Shown piece after piece: positions 48,106 to 56,803 of a stretch of DNA of 64,000 bases. A program made the position numbers and the translations under genes. The number at the start of each line of letters is the position of its first letter. The stretch's first letter is position 1. Origin of the DNA: Proteobacteria bacterium SG_bin4. Its GTDB lineage: Bacteria; Pseudomonadota; Gammaproteobacteria; Burkholderiales; Nitrosomonadaceae. Under the pieces are notes generated by a model that saw nothing but the letters and a program-made list of their open reading frames with translations, was not told the origin of the DNA and searched no databases. The stretch is taken from the NCBI GenBank assembly GCA_002083395.1, contig LWDH01000035.1, forward strand, positions 41,403-105,402, in the 5' to 3' direction.

Positions 48106-49857
48106 ATGAAACGCACATTGATACTGCTAAGCCTGGTGCTTATAACGATGATCTCAAGTTTGAGCGCCAAAGCTGCCATCCAAGCCGCTGAAGAATATCC
48201 CGCAGCGATCGGGCAATATATTCAAATCTTTCAGCCCGAAAATCACGATTTTAACGTAGATGACGCGCTGCGCGCTTTCAAGAGCGGCAGCTTCGCGCCA
48301 TCCCAATCCGACGTGATGAATTTCGGGGTCGGTGCAAAACCGGTGTGGCTTGCTTTGCAAGTCGGTAGTGCGCAGCATGAGCCCATGATCCGGAAGTTAT
48401 TATTGGAAAATGCCTGGCTGGATAAAATCGATGTGTTCTTTTTTCAAGATGAACAATTAGTCAGCGGCTATCATACCGGTGACAGCTTGCCATTTGCACA
48501 GCGGCCGGTCAATCACCGTTTTTTCGTGATCGAACATGCATTCAATCACGGTGACACGCTGGTCCTAATTCGCGTGGAAGCGGATGACGCGATGGTTTTA
48601 CCCATTTACTTTACCAATGCCGAGCAATTAGCCAGCAAGGATTTGTTGAATGCCTATAGTTACGGTGTGATGTACGGCGCGATTCTGGCGCTGGTTGCAT
48701 ATAATCTGGTGTTATATATCGGTCTGCGCATCAGTTCCTATCTGCTGTATTCGATCTTCTTGTTGTTATTTATCGCTTTGAATCTGGCTTATACCGGTCA
48801 CGGTTATCAATGGTTGTGGCCGGAATCCCCATTCTGGCAGCGCTGGGCTAGTGCAGTTTTAATCGCAGCAGGCACCACCGGCGGATTTGCGTTTATGTTG
48901 CAATTTCTGAATATCAAACTGACCTGGCCGCGTTTGTATCGATTCATTATCTTTGGCTGCTTAGGTTTTTGTGCCTTGGTATTGATAACGATGCTGTTTG
49001 ACGAGCTGGTCATTGCCTTATTGACATCTTTTGTTTTTACTTTCAGTTTCTATATCGCAGCGGTGATTCTCGGGATAATGTCGCTGAAAATCGGGAACAA
49101 GTTTGCGAAATACTTTTTGATCGCTTCGATTTTGACGATCTGCGGGGGGGCGATTACCGCGAATGCCGTGTGGGGCGTTATTCCATTTAACTGGTTGACA
49201 TACCGCGCTGTGGATATTGGCATGACGTTGGATGCGATTTTGTTGGCATTGGCGCTTGCGGCGCGGTTCAATATCACTCAAAACGAGAAACTGGTTGCCG
49301 AGAAAATGGCCGGGATCGACGTGCTGACAAACCTGAACAACCGCCGTTCTTTTTACAAATATGTGCAGCCGATCTGGTCTATAAGCTTACGCAGCAAAAG
49401 TAATACGTCGATCATCATGCTGGATATCGACGATTTTAAATTAATCAATGACAGTTACGGCCATGCATTGGGCGATCAGGTTTTGGTGAAATTGGCGGAA
49501 ACCTTACAAAAAGAAGCTCGAAGCGGCGATATTCTGGCGCGCTGGGGGGGTGAGGAGTTTCTGATTTTTTTACCGGAAACACGGTTGCAAGACGCAGTAA
49601 CCATTGCGGAAAGGGTGCGTAACAAGGTTGGTTCTTTGCAAGTGACATCCGCGAAAGGAGAAAAGCTTGCGATTTCGGCGAGTTTCGGCGTTGCAAGCAA
49701 TCGAAACGATTATGTGGTGCTGGACGAATTAATTGCCAGCGCGGATCAGCAGTTATACCGCGCTAAAAAACAAGGCCGTAATTGCGTGTGCTCGGATTTT
49801 GCAGCGGCCGGAGACCGCGGTTCGGAAGCAACATCATCAGGCAGACCATTGCAATAG
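48106..49857 (+). CDS. 7TMR-DISM-type diguanylate cyclase
   Basis: 583 aa. Signal peptide, extracellular DISMED2-like domain and 7 TM helices. The GGDEF domain has an active GGEEF motif and an RxxD I-site (RSGD) five residues upstream. Confidence 0.9.
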   Translation: MKRTLILLSLVLITMISSLSAKAAIQAAEEYPAAIGQYIQIFQPENHDFNVDDALRAFKSGSFAPSQSDVMNFGVGAKPVWLALQVGSAQHEPMIRKLLLENAWLDKIDVFFFQDEQLVSGYHTGDSLPFAQRPVNHRFFVIEHAFNHGDTLVLIRVEADDAMVLPIYFTNAEQLASKDLLNAYSYGVMYGAILALVAYNLVLYIGLRISSYLLYSIFLLLFIALNLAYTGHGYQWLWPESPFWQRWASAVLIAAGTTGGFAFMLQFLNIKLTWPRLYRFIIFGCLGFCALVLITMLFDELVIALLTSFVFTFSFYIAAVILGIMSLKIGNKFAKYFLIASILTICGGAITANAVWGVIPFNWLTYRAVDIGMTLDAILLALALAARFNITQNEKLVAEKMAGIDVLTNLNNRRSFYKYVQPIWSISLRSKSNTSIIMLDIDDFKLINDSYGHALGDQVLVKLAETLQKEARSGDILARWGGEEFLIFLPETRLQDAVTIAERVRNKVGSLQVTSAKGEKLAISASFGVASNRNDYVVLDELIASADQQLYRAKKQGRNCVCSDFAAAGDRGSEATSSGRPLQ

Positions 49858-49862
49858 GTAGG

Positions 49863-50081
49863 CTATTTATCGTTGTGATGGTCCGGTTTTAAGTTATTTT
49901 GTGTGATTTCCGGCGGTGTTTCTCCACCAGAATCGTCATGGCTGATTTCCAGCTCATCGATCAATTTGACGATGCGGCTGTCAGGAATCATGCCATCGGC
50001 TAAAACACCTTCGTCGTCAATATCAATTTCGTTGCTTTTGTTGCCATCAAGTTTCTCGGCAGAGAGTTTTTTGCTGAACAT
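49863..50081 (-). CDS. Small acidic hypothetical protein (72 aa)
   Basis: The ATG at 50081 is preceded by a strong AAGGAGG RBS, so the ORF-track start at 50141 was trimmed. The sequence is Asp/Glu-rich with no recognisable domain. Confidence 0.5.
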   Translation of the reverse strand: MFSKKLSAEKLDGNKSNEIDIDDEGVLADGMIPDSRIVKLIDELEISHDDSGGETPPEITQNNLKPDHHNDK

Positions 50082-50230
50082 AACAAACCTCCTTACTTCA
50101 GGGGTAGGGTGATGGTTATAGTAAAGCATGCCGGGAATCAAATTAAATCAACGAGTAAAGTCAGTTTTTGGCAGCATTTTGAGGGTTGGGAAAGCAGTAC
50201 TGCGAAGCGAAGCCCGGCAGCGGAATGTGC

Positions 50231-50381
50231 TTAAAGAAGCGCTGATTAATTGACTGCACGAGCGAATTGCTTCGTTGCGCGGTACTCGCTCTCTCGTCTA
50301 TCTGATTGATATGCCTCGGTTACTGCGTTCCGTGCGCCTCGCACTTCATCACGCTCGTCGAATTAATCAGCGCTTCCTTAA
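50231..50381 (+). repeat. Intergenic palindromic element, copy B
   Basis: The 21-nt terminal inverted repeats TTAAAGAAGCGCTGATTAATT (50231-50251) and AATTAATCAGCGCTTCCTTAA (50361-50381) differ by one mismatch. The core is collinear with copy A. Confidence 0.7.
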
Positions 50382-50559
50382 ATTTTTTTGGAGACTGTTG
50401 AGCGGTTGGAAAGAGCGCGGATTGCGTCTATGGAATACGGATTTTTATATACTACGAACGAGCTTTCGATTATCATTGCAAGCCATTGAGATACAATGAA
50501 AATGACATAATAGAATAGCGGCTTTCCAGAGAACCAGAGGCTCATTAATTCCAGTTATT

Positions 50560-51579
50560 ATGATTGAACGGCGCAATTATTATCGTATTCTTCATGTCCA
50601 GCCCGATGCGCCAATGACGGTGATTAATGAGAGTTACCGGATTCTGATGCAGAAACTCAAAGCCCATCCGGAATTGGAAAGCCCGGACTGGAATGCCGGT
50701 TTACTGAATATTGCCTTTAATACCTTACGGGATCCTTTAAAGCGGGCCGAATATGACCGTGAATTATTGAAGCGCTATCACATTAAGATACTGAGCCAAG
50801 GCGCACTGGGTGCGACGACGGCAAATCCCGGCACGGACCACTCGCACGCGGAAGGTGCTGCGAATTTTAAACAGCGCAATTATTACCGGATTTTGCAGGT
50901 GCAAGCCGATGCGCCGATTACCACGATCACTGCGAGCTATTGGGCGTTGAGAAAAAATTCACCGCACGATCATGCCTTGCTTGACGAAGCCTACCGGATA
51001 TTATCCAATCCAGCATCGCGCAAACATTATGACGCGTTACTCGCGGGCGATATGTGGCAGGCGGCCAGAAAGGAGATGGAAGCCAAGAGCGATCAGCTTC
51101 CGGCGCTGTTTGCGAATTTTTCTAACCCGGTATCATCGGCGATCGAACCCTATCATGCGGTGATCACGCATTACTGCTCTTTTTGCAAAACGCCTTATGT
51201 TGCGCAGACCGGTTATTACCGGAGTGACAATTGCCTGGAGTGCTTCAGCCCTTTGGCGGTTTTCGAGCAAGGCCACCTGGAATCGCCTTTTCGCACGCTA
51301 ACCCGCATCAATGTGCGCGGGGAATTGTCTTTTTATTTGTTTTGGCCAGGACGGCCATGCCAAGGAGTATTTCAGGATTTGTCGCCAGCCGGTATCCGGT
51401 TTCTGACGCAAGTGATGCTGGACCGGAGCGATATTATTAAAATCGATGCGCCTAATTTTCAGGCAGTGGCGGAAGTTACCCATACACGGCAAGAAAATGG
51501 CGGGTTTTCGGTTGGTACACGGTTTTTGGCCGCGAAATTCGATCAACGGCATGGCAATTTTGTGTCGCTGCAAGTTTGA
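50560..51579 (+). CDS. J-domain-like (x2) / zinc-ribbon / PilZ domain protein
   Basis: 339 aa. The first J-like domain has HPE instead of HPD (NYYRILHVQPDAP...KLKAHPE...LRDPLKRAEYD). A second, truncated J-like repeat follows, then CSFC...CLEC. The PilZ motifs RTLTR (RxxxR) and DLSPAG (DxSxxG) lie at nt 51292-51393. Confidence 0.75.
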   Translation: MIERRNYYRILHVQPDAPMTVINESYRILMQKLKAHPELESPDWNAGLLNIAFNTLRDPLKRAEYDRELLKRYHIKILSQGALGATTANPGTDHSHAEGAANFKQRNYYRILQVQADAPITTITASYWALRKNSPHDHALLDEAYRILSNPASRKHYDALLAGDMWQAARKEMEAKSDQLPALFANFSNPVSSAIEPYHAVITHYCSFCKTPYVAQTGYYRSDNCLECFSPLAVFEQGHLESPFRTLTRINVRGELSFYLFWPGRPCQGVFQDLSPAGIRFLTQVMLDRSDIIKIDAPNFQAVAEVTHTRQENGGFSVGTRFLAAKFDQRHGNFVSLQV

Positions 51580-51626
51580 ATGGCAAAAAGGGCCGAGCTG
51601 TATTTTTCAGCCCATGTGCCGAGCTT

Positions 51627-52487
51627 TCAAATCAAGTTAACCGGAATTTTTAGATAAGCGACGCCGTTGGATTCGGCTTCAGGCATTCTGCCGGCTCTGA
51701 TATTGATCTGGATGGATGGCAACAGCAAGTTAGGCATTTCCAGCGTGGCATCCCGTTTGTTGCGCATCGCTACAAAAGCTTCTTCGCTAATGCCATCGTG
51801 CACATGAATGTTGTGCGCTCGCTGGTCAGCAACGGTGCTTTCCCAAGCGGGGGAACGGTTGCCCGGTGGATAATCGTGACACATCAATAATCTGGTTTCA
51901 GGCGGGAATGCTAATATTTTCTGGATGGCGTGAAATAAGTGGCGGGCGTCGCCGCCTGGGAAATCCGCGCGAGCCGTACCGACATCCGGCATGAACAAGG
52001 TATCGCCGACAAAAATGGCGTCGCCAAATTGATAGGCCATATCGGCTGGTGTGTGACCGGATACTGAAATCGCTTTGGCGGTCAAATTTCCGACTTGGAA
52101 AACTTCATTGTCGGCGAATAAATGATCGAAATGACGGCCATCGGGGGTGAAATCGTCACCGAGGTTGAAAATTTTCTTAAACGTTTGTTGCACGACCGGA
52201 ATGTTACTGCCGATCGCTGTTTTGCCGCCAAGCTGGGCTTTGAGATAGTCGGCAGCGGATAGATGATCCGCATGCGCATGGGTTTCAAGGATCCATTGCA
52301 CCGTCAGCCGCTGGTTGCGGATAAATTCGATCAATCGGTTGGCGCTATGTGTGCGGGTTCGGCTGGCTTTCGGATCATAATCAAGCACGGGATCAATAAT
52401 GGCGCAGCTTCCGCCGGCTTCATCGAATACAACATAACTGACGGTCCAGGTGGCGGGATCAAAGGTCGCATGGATTTGGGGTTTCAT
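51627..52487 (-). CDS. MBL-fold persulfide dioxygenase (Blh/ETHE1-related)
   Basis: 286 aa. ETHAHADH metal motif and the overall pattern of about-290-aa bacterial persulfide dioxygenases. It is divergent from the yeeE-bigR genes. Confidence 0.8.
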   Translation of the reverse strand: MKPQIHATFDPATWTVSYVVFDEAGGSCAIIDPVLDYDPKASRTRTHSANRLIEFIRNQRLTVQWILETHAHADHLSAADYLKAQLGGKTAIGSNIPVVQQTFKKIFNLGDDFTPDGRHFDHLFADNEVFQVGNLTAKAISVSGHTPADMAYQFGDAIFVGDTLFMPDVGTARADFPGGDARHLFHAIQKILAFPPETRLLMCHDYPPGNRSPAWESTVADQRAHNIHVHDGISEEAFVAMRNKRDATLEMPNLLLPSIQINIRAGRMPEAESNGVAYLKIPVNLI

Positions 52488-52525
52488 AGGTAACTCCAGA
52501 GAGGATGATCATTGTTTTTTGAGTA

Positions 52526-52545
52526 ATTATCACTATATTGATAAT
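52526..52545. promoter_or_regulatory. Candidate operator palindrome in the pdo/yeeE divergent promoter region
   Basis: ATTATCA-ctatat-TGATAAT is a perfect 7-bp inverted repeat. It shares TATCA...TGATA half-sites with the palindrome upstream of the ArsR-family gene. Confidence 0.4.
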
Positions 52546-52629
52546 ATGTATCACAATATAACATATATAATTTATACGTAAATAAATGGTGAAACTTTTC
52601 GTCCACTATAAGCGATTGAGAGACTGACT

Positions 52630-53061
52630 ATGAATATTTTACTGGAATCGATGCCATGGCATGCCGCCGCCGGTGGAGCGGTAATCGGTGTGGCAGTAGC
52701 GTTATTGCTGTTTTTAAATGGGCGAGTCGCCGGTATCTCCGGAATTGTAGGCGGGTTGTTCCGGATGCAAAAGGGTGATATCAGTTGGCGGGTTGCCTTT
52801 ATTGCGGGATTGGTTTTGTCGGTTGCGATGTGGAAACTTTTTTGGGTTATGCCGGAGATAAAGATTGAAACCGGTTACGGCATGCTGGCGCTGGCGGGGT
52901 TGCTGGTAGGCTACGGTACGCGGCTGGGTTCGGGCTGTACCAGCGGTCACGGCGTTTGCGGTTTATCGCGACGATCACCGCGTTCGATTGCAGCGACTGT
53001 TGTTTTTATGACCATGGGTTTTTTGACGGTTTTTTTGATTCGTCACGTAGGAGTATTTTAG
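52630..53061 (+). CDS. YeeE/YedE-family sulfur-transport membrane protein (half-size)
   Basis: 143 aa with 4 TM helices and the GSGCTSGHGVCG motif. Confidence 0.8.
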   Translation: MNILLESMPWHAAAGGAVIGVAVALLLFLNGRVAGISGIVGGLFRMQKGDISWRVAFIAGLVLSVAMWKLFWVMPEIKIETGYGMLALAGLLVGYGTRLGSGCTSGHGVCGLSRRSPRSIAATVVFMTMGFLTVFLIRHVGVF

Positions 53062-53095
53062 AAAGAGGTGAGCGTGAGCTTAAGGAGGATATGAC

Positions 53096-53512
53096 ATGAA
53101 TAGCATAACTGCTTTGCTTGCAGGTCTGGTTTTTGGCGCCGGGTTGATTCTATCGGGCATGGTGAATCCGGCCATTGTTCTGGCCTTTCTGGATGTGGCG
53201 GGCGATTGGGATTCCTCACTGTTGTGGGTGATGGGAGGCGCTGTTACGATTGGTTCTGTTGCATTTGCCATGGCAAAGAAACGGAAATCCAGTTTTTTGG
53301 GTGCGCCGATGCAAATACCTGTTGCGACAAAAATAGATAAGCGATTGTTATTAGGGAGTTTCCTCTTCGGTATCGGTTGGGGAATCGCCGGTATTTGCCC
53401 TGGTCCGGCGTTGGTGCTGGCCGGTTCCGGAGAAACCGAAATTTTTGTTTTCTTAGCGGCGATGCTCTTGGGAATGGGTGTTTTTGAAATCATCGAGAAA
53501 AAACAACGGTAA
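53096..53512 (+). CDS. YeeE/YedE-related membrane protein (second half-size paralogue)
   Basis: 138 aa with 4 TM helices and a GIGWGIAGICPGPA motif. AAGGAGGA RBS. Confidence 0.8.
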   Translation: MNSITALLAGLVFGAGLILSGMVNPAIVLAFLDVAGDWDSSLLWVMGGAVTIGSVAFAMAKKRKSSFLGAPMQIPVATKIDKRLLLGSFLFGIGWGIAGICPGPALVLAGSGETEIFVFLAAMLLGMGVFEIIEKKQR

Positions 53513-53596
53513 GATTCTACTGACAATCCCATAAAAATAAATTAGCATAAATGTCCTTGCAGTCATTGTAGGATTCGTGGTCTCGTTAATAATTAC

Positions 53597-53609
53597 TATC
53601 ATAATGATA
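53597..53609. promoter_or_regulatory. Candidate autoregulatory operator upstream of the ArsR-family gene
   Basis: Perfect palindrome TATCAT-a-ATGATA, 8 nt upstream of the ATG. Confidence 0.4.
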
Positions 53610-53616
53610 AATAAAT

Positions 53617-53952
53617 ATGAAAACTCAACCGGCATTAAACGATATGGCAGCACTGCATGCGTCAGCCTCGGATGCATGTGCTTTGCTGAAAATTCTGGCG
53701 AATGAAGATCGATTGCTTATTTTATGCGAACTTAGCCGAGGAACCCGGAATGTAGGGGAATTGGAAGAGATTCTGGGGATACACCAACCGACATTGTCAC
53801 AGCAATTGACCGTGTTGCGCGAAGAAAATCTGGTTGCGACAGAGCGCAAGGGCAAGTATATCTATTACAGTTTGGCGAGTCAGGAAGCCATCAAAGTCAT
53901 GGAAACTTTATTCGAGTTGTACTGCAAAACAACGTGTGAAGAGGTAAGCTGA
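53617..53952 (+). CDS. ArsR/SmtB-family repressor, BigR/SqrR-like persulfide sensor candidate
   Basis: 111 aa. wHTH region (LKILANEDRLLILCEL...GELEEILGIHQPTLSQQLTVLREENLV). Cys37 in the LILCEL helix and C-terminal Cys103/Cys107 fit the BigR/SqrR Cys pair. Confidence 0.8.
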   Translation: MKTQPALNDMAALHASASDACALLKILANEDRLLILCELSRGTRNVGELEEILGIHQPTLSQQLTVLREENLVATERKGKYIYYSLASQEAIKVMETLFELYCKTTCEEVS

Positions 53953-53998
53953 GTCCGCGCATTCAGCGATGTCACCCTTTTGCCTTTGCGCTTTAGCG

Positions 53999-54132
53999 GG
54001 CCGTTGAAAAACTATCTGCGTTGCCGCTACGGTGTTAAAAACAAGCTCAAAATGCTCATTTATACCGCATAAACTGTGTTTTTCGCCTGTTTTTGCCTTG
54101 TATGGCTGCCTCGAAAACGTTTTTCAACGGCC
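53999..54132 (+). repeat. Intergenic palindromic element, copy C
   Basis: Perfect 14-nt arms GGCCGTTGAAAAAC (53999-54012) and GTTTTTCAACGGCC (54119-54132). Core blocks GTTAAAAA, AAATGCTCATTTA, TAAACT, TTTTTCGC and TTTTTGCCTT are shared with copy D. Confidence 0.75.
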
Positions 54133-54206
54133 TGTTAGTCAGGCCGCGCTAATCACCGGACGGTCAAGCAGGCGGAGCCGTTCGATCGTTTTCATCGGGA
54201 GAGGGT

Positions 54207-55817
54207 ATGACTGTTACTATTACGAAGCTGGATCACAAGTTATCGGTATGCGGTCAGATCAGCATCGACGACATCAGCGAGATTGCCGCAACGGGTTACC
54301 GGTCTATTATTTGTAACCGTCCGGATTTCGAAGGCGGCGAAAACCAACCGTCCAGTGAAGCACTGGAAACGATGGCTAAATCGCTGGGGGTGACGTTCGT
54401 CTATTTGCCGGTCAATATGGGTGCGATACCGGATGAACGTGTGGCAGCTTTTCAGAAATTGCTGGCGGAGTTGCCGAAGCCGGTGCTGGCATTCTGTAAT
54501 TCCGGCAGGCGTGCGGCCGCGTTGCATGAAATGACCCAACAGCGTGCCAGCGATGAAGCAGAGGAGCAGGAATCAGTCGTCGATGCTTGCAATTGGGGCG
54601 ATGAATTCGATGTGGTAGTGATCGGCGGCGGTTCGGCGGGGATCGGCGTCACGGCCAGTTTGCTGCAGCGGCGTCCGGCGTTGCGCATCGCAATAATCGA
54701 ACCGGGCGATCAGCATTATTACCAGCCCGCCTGGACGCTGGTCGGCGGCGGGGCATACGAGATTACCAAAACAGCCAAGCCGATGGCGGCGGTGATTCCC
54801 GAAAAAGCGCAATGGATTCAATCAGCGGCGGTCAGGATCGACCCTCAGCATCACCGGGTGTATTTAACAGACGGCCGTGTCATGGGCTACCGGCAGTTGA
54901 TCGTTTGCCCAGGAATCCGCACAGCTTGGGAGAAGATTGAAGGACTACAGGAAACACTCGGTCAAAACGGCGTAACTTCCAATTACCGCTTCGATCTGGC
55001 GCCGTATACCTGGGAACTGGTGCAAGGGCTTAAATCCGGCGCTGCGCTGTTCACTCAGCCGCCGATGCCCATCAAATGCGCCGGCGCGCCGCAAAAAGCC
55101 ATGTACCTGGCTTGTGATCACTGGTTGCGGGCCGGTTGTCTGGAGCAAATCGACGTCGAATTCGATACCGCAACCGCAGTGTTGTTCGGGGTGGCCGATT
55201 TCGTGCCGCCCTTGATGGAGTATGTGCGGCGCTATCATGCCCATCTGGTTTTCAATTCCAATCTGGTCAAAGTCGACGGTGAGCAAAAAATTGCGTATTT
55301 CGAAAGAAAAAGCGCGGATGGTACGGTCACTGTCGAAGCCAAGCCGTTTGACATGCTGCACGTGACGCCGCCGCAGGTCGCTCCGGATTTTATCCGGGAC
55401 AGCGGTTTGGGAGATGCCGGCGGTTTCTGCCAAGTCAATGAAAAAACGCTGCAACATACCGATTATCCGGCGATTTTCTCGCTGGGCGATGCGTGCTCGT
55501 CGCCGAATACCAAAACCGCGGCAGCAGCCAGAAAACAAATTGTCGTGGTTGCCGAGAATCTGCTGGCTGCCAAAGAAGATCGCGAATTGACCGCGTTTTA
55601 CGACGGCTATGGCGCATGTCCGCTGACGGTGGAAAACGGCAAGGTGCTATTGGCGGAATTCGGCTTCGGCGGCAAATTATTGCCGACTTTTCCGCTGGAT
55701 CCCACCATCCCTAGCAAGTTCTATTGGTTTCTGAAAACAACGGTTTTTCCATGGATTTACTGGAATGGCATGTTAAAGGGCAAAGAATGGCTTGCCCGGC
55801 CAGGCCGGTCCCGTTGA
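54207..55817 (+). CDS. DUF442 (sulfurtransferase/phosphatase-like) domain fused to a type II sulfide:quinone oxidoreductase-like flavoprotein
   Basis: 536 aa. The first ~110 aa are DUF442-like (LSVCGQISIDDISEIAATGYRSIICNRPD...AFCNSGRR). These are followed by the FAD motif VVVIGGGSAGIG and the redox Cys blocks PIKCAGAPQK and LGDACSSPNTKTAAA. Confidence 0.85.
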   Translation: MTVTITKLDHKLSVCGQISIDDISEIAATGYRSIICNRPDFEGGENQPSSEALETMAKSLGVTFVYLPVNMGAIPDERVAAFQKLLAELPKPVLAFCNSGRRAAALHEMTQQRASDEAEEQESVVDACNWGDEFDVVVIGGGSAGIGVTASLLQRRPALRIAIIEPGDQHYYQPAWTLVGGGAYEITKTAKPMAAVIPEKAQWIQSAAVRIDPQHHRVYLTDGRVMGYRQLIVCPGIRTAWEKIEGLQETLGQNGVTSNYRFDLAPYTWELVQGLKSGAALFTQPPMPIKCAGAPQKAMYLACDHWLRAGCLEQIDVEFDTATAVLFGVADFVPPLMEYVRRYHAHLVFNSNLVKVDGEQKIAYFERKSADGTVTVEAKPFDMLHVTPPQVAPDFIRDSGLGDAGGFCQVNEKTLQHTDYPAIFSLGDACSSPNTKTAAAARKQIVVVAENLLAAKEDRELTAFYDGYGACPLTVENGKVLLAEFGFGGKLLPTFPLDPTIPSKFYWFLKTTVFPWIYWNGMLKGKEWLARPGRSR

Positions 55818-55827
55818 GCCGGCGCTC

Positions 55828-56646
55828 ATGACGCTCATCAGTATTGCGCTGGGCGCGCTAACCGGTTTGGTGCTGGCGTTGGCCGGTGCGGGTGGCGCCA
55901 TCATCGCGGTGCCATTGCTCATTTTTGGGTTACATTTGACGGTGGCGCAAGCAGCGCCGGTTGCGTTGCTTGCAGTATGCCTATCGGCCGGGATTGGCGC
56001 GTTGATTGCGCATCGCCAGCGGCTAGTGCGCTACCGGGCCGCCGGGTTTATCGCCATCACCGGTATCATCACTGCCCCGCTCGGCATTTGGCTGGCGCAG
56101 CATCTGCCGAATACTCCGCTTACCTTGTTGTTTGCCGCCGTCTTGCTGTTTGTCGCGGTCAGGATGTTGTTACACAGTAAAGCTCCGAGTCAACCACCCA
56201 TCGAACAACCCTGCGAATCGGTTTCGGTGCCATGCCGTTTGGAATATGACCAAGGCCGGTTGGTCTGGAACTGGCCGTGTGCGCGCGCACTGGGTTTATC
56301 CGGCGCAGTTACCGGTTTTTTGTCGGGACTGCTGGGCGTGGGCGGCGGGTTTGTGGTGGTGCCGGCGTTGCAAAAAGCGACCAATTTGCCGATGCAATCG
56401 ATTCTCGCAACCTCGCTAGCGGTAATCGCGCTGGTCTCGGCGATGGGCGTGATCACCGCCAGCTCCCTGGGCGGGATGAACTGGCTGGTGGCGTTGCCGT
56501 TTGCGGCGGGTGCTTTGGGTGGCATGCTGATCGGGCGGCTGGCTGCCAGCCGTCTGGAAGGCCCCCGGCTGCAGCAAGCCTTCGCGCTGGTTGCCATTCT
56601 GGTAGCGCTCGGGCTAGCGGTTAAAGCGATCCTGCCATTGATTTAA
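55828..56646 (+). CDS. TauE/SafE-family sulfite/anion exporter
   Basis: About 272 aa from the ATG at 55828. The ORF-track start at 55792 overlaps the upstream gene. DUF81 pattern GAGGAIIAVPLL and GVGGGFVVVPAL. Confidence 0.85.
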   Translation: MTLISIALGALTGLVLALAGAGGAIIAVPLLIFGLHLTVAQAAPVALLAVCLSAGIGALIAHRQRLVRYRAAGFIAITGIITAPLGIWLAQHLPNTPLTLLFAAVLLFVAVRMLLHSKAPSQPPIEQPCESVSVPCRLEYDQGRLVWNWPCARALGLSGAVTGFLSGLLGVGGGFVVVPALQKATNLPMQSILATSLAVIALVSAMGVITASSLGGMNWLVALPFAAGALGGMLIGRLAASRLEGPRLQQAFALVAILVALGLAVKAILPLI

Positions 56647-56652
56647 AACAGG

Positions 56653-56793
56653 GAGGCCTTTGCACGGTGTCATGAGCGGTACGAGAATAAGGCAAAAATT
56701 TGCGAAAAAGCGGAGTTTACACGAGGTAAATGAGCATTTTTCGCGAATTTTTAACGCAATTATCGTGCCGCGTAGTAACCGTGCAAAGGTCTC
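56653..56793 (-). repeat. Intergenic palindromic element, copy D (inverted relative to copy C)
   Basis: Arms GAGGCCTTTGCACGGT (56653-56668) and ACCGTGCAAAGGTCTC (56778-56793) differ by one mismatch. Its reverse complement shares the five core blocks of copy C in the same order. Confidence 0.75.
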
Positions 56794-56803
56794 ACAGGAT
56801 ACG

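Noticed and set aside
50275-50499. A 74-aa ORF in the 50.1-50.5 kb intergenic region. Analogous ORFs lie at 54032-54316 and 56660-57010.
   Set aside because: They are generated by palindromic repeat copies B, C and D. The homologous DNA is read in different frames and orientations in each copy, so conservation is at the nucleotide or structure level, not the protein level.
51580-51626. Possible terminator between the PilZ protein gene and the convergent dioxygenase gene
   Set aside because: Only a 4-bp stem (GCTG/CAGC) is evident. The apparent similarity GGCCGAGCT/GCCGAGCT is a direct repeat, not an inverted one.
53999-56793. Integron gene cassette / attC interpretation of elements C and D
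   Set aside because: There is no intI gene, no RYYYAAC/GTTRRRY core sites at the element ends and no array of same-orientation cassettes. The interpretation is kept only as a remote possibility in the findings.
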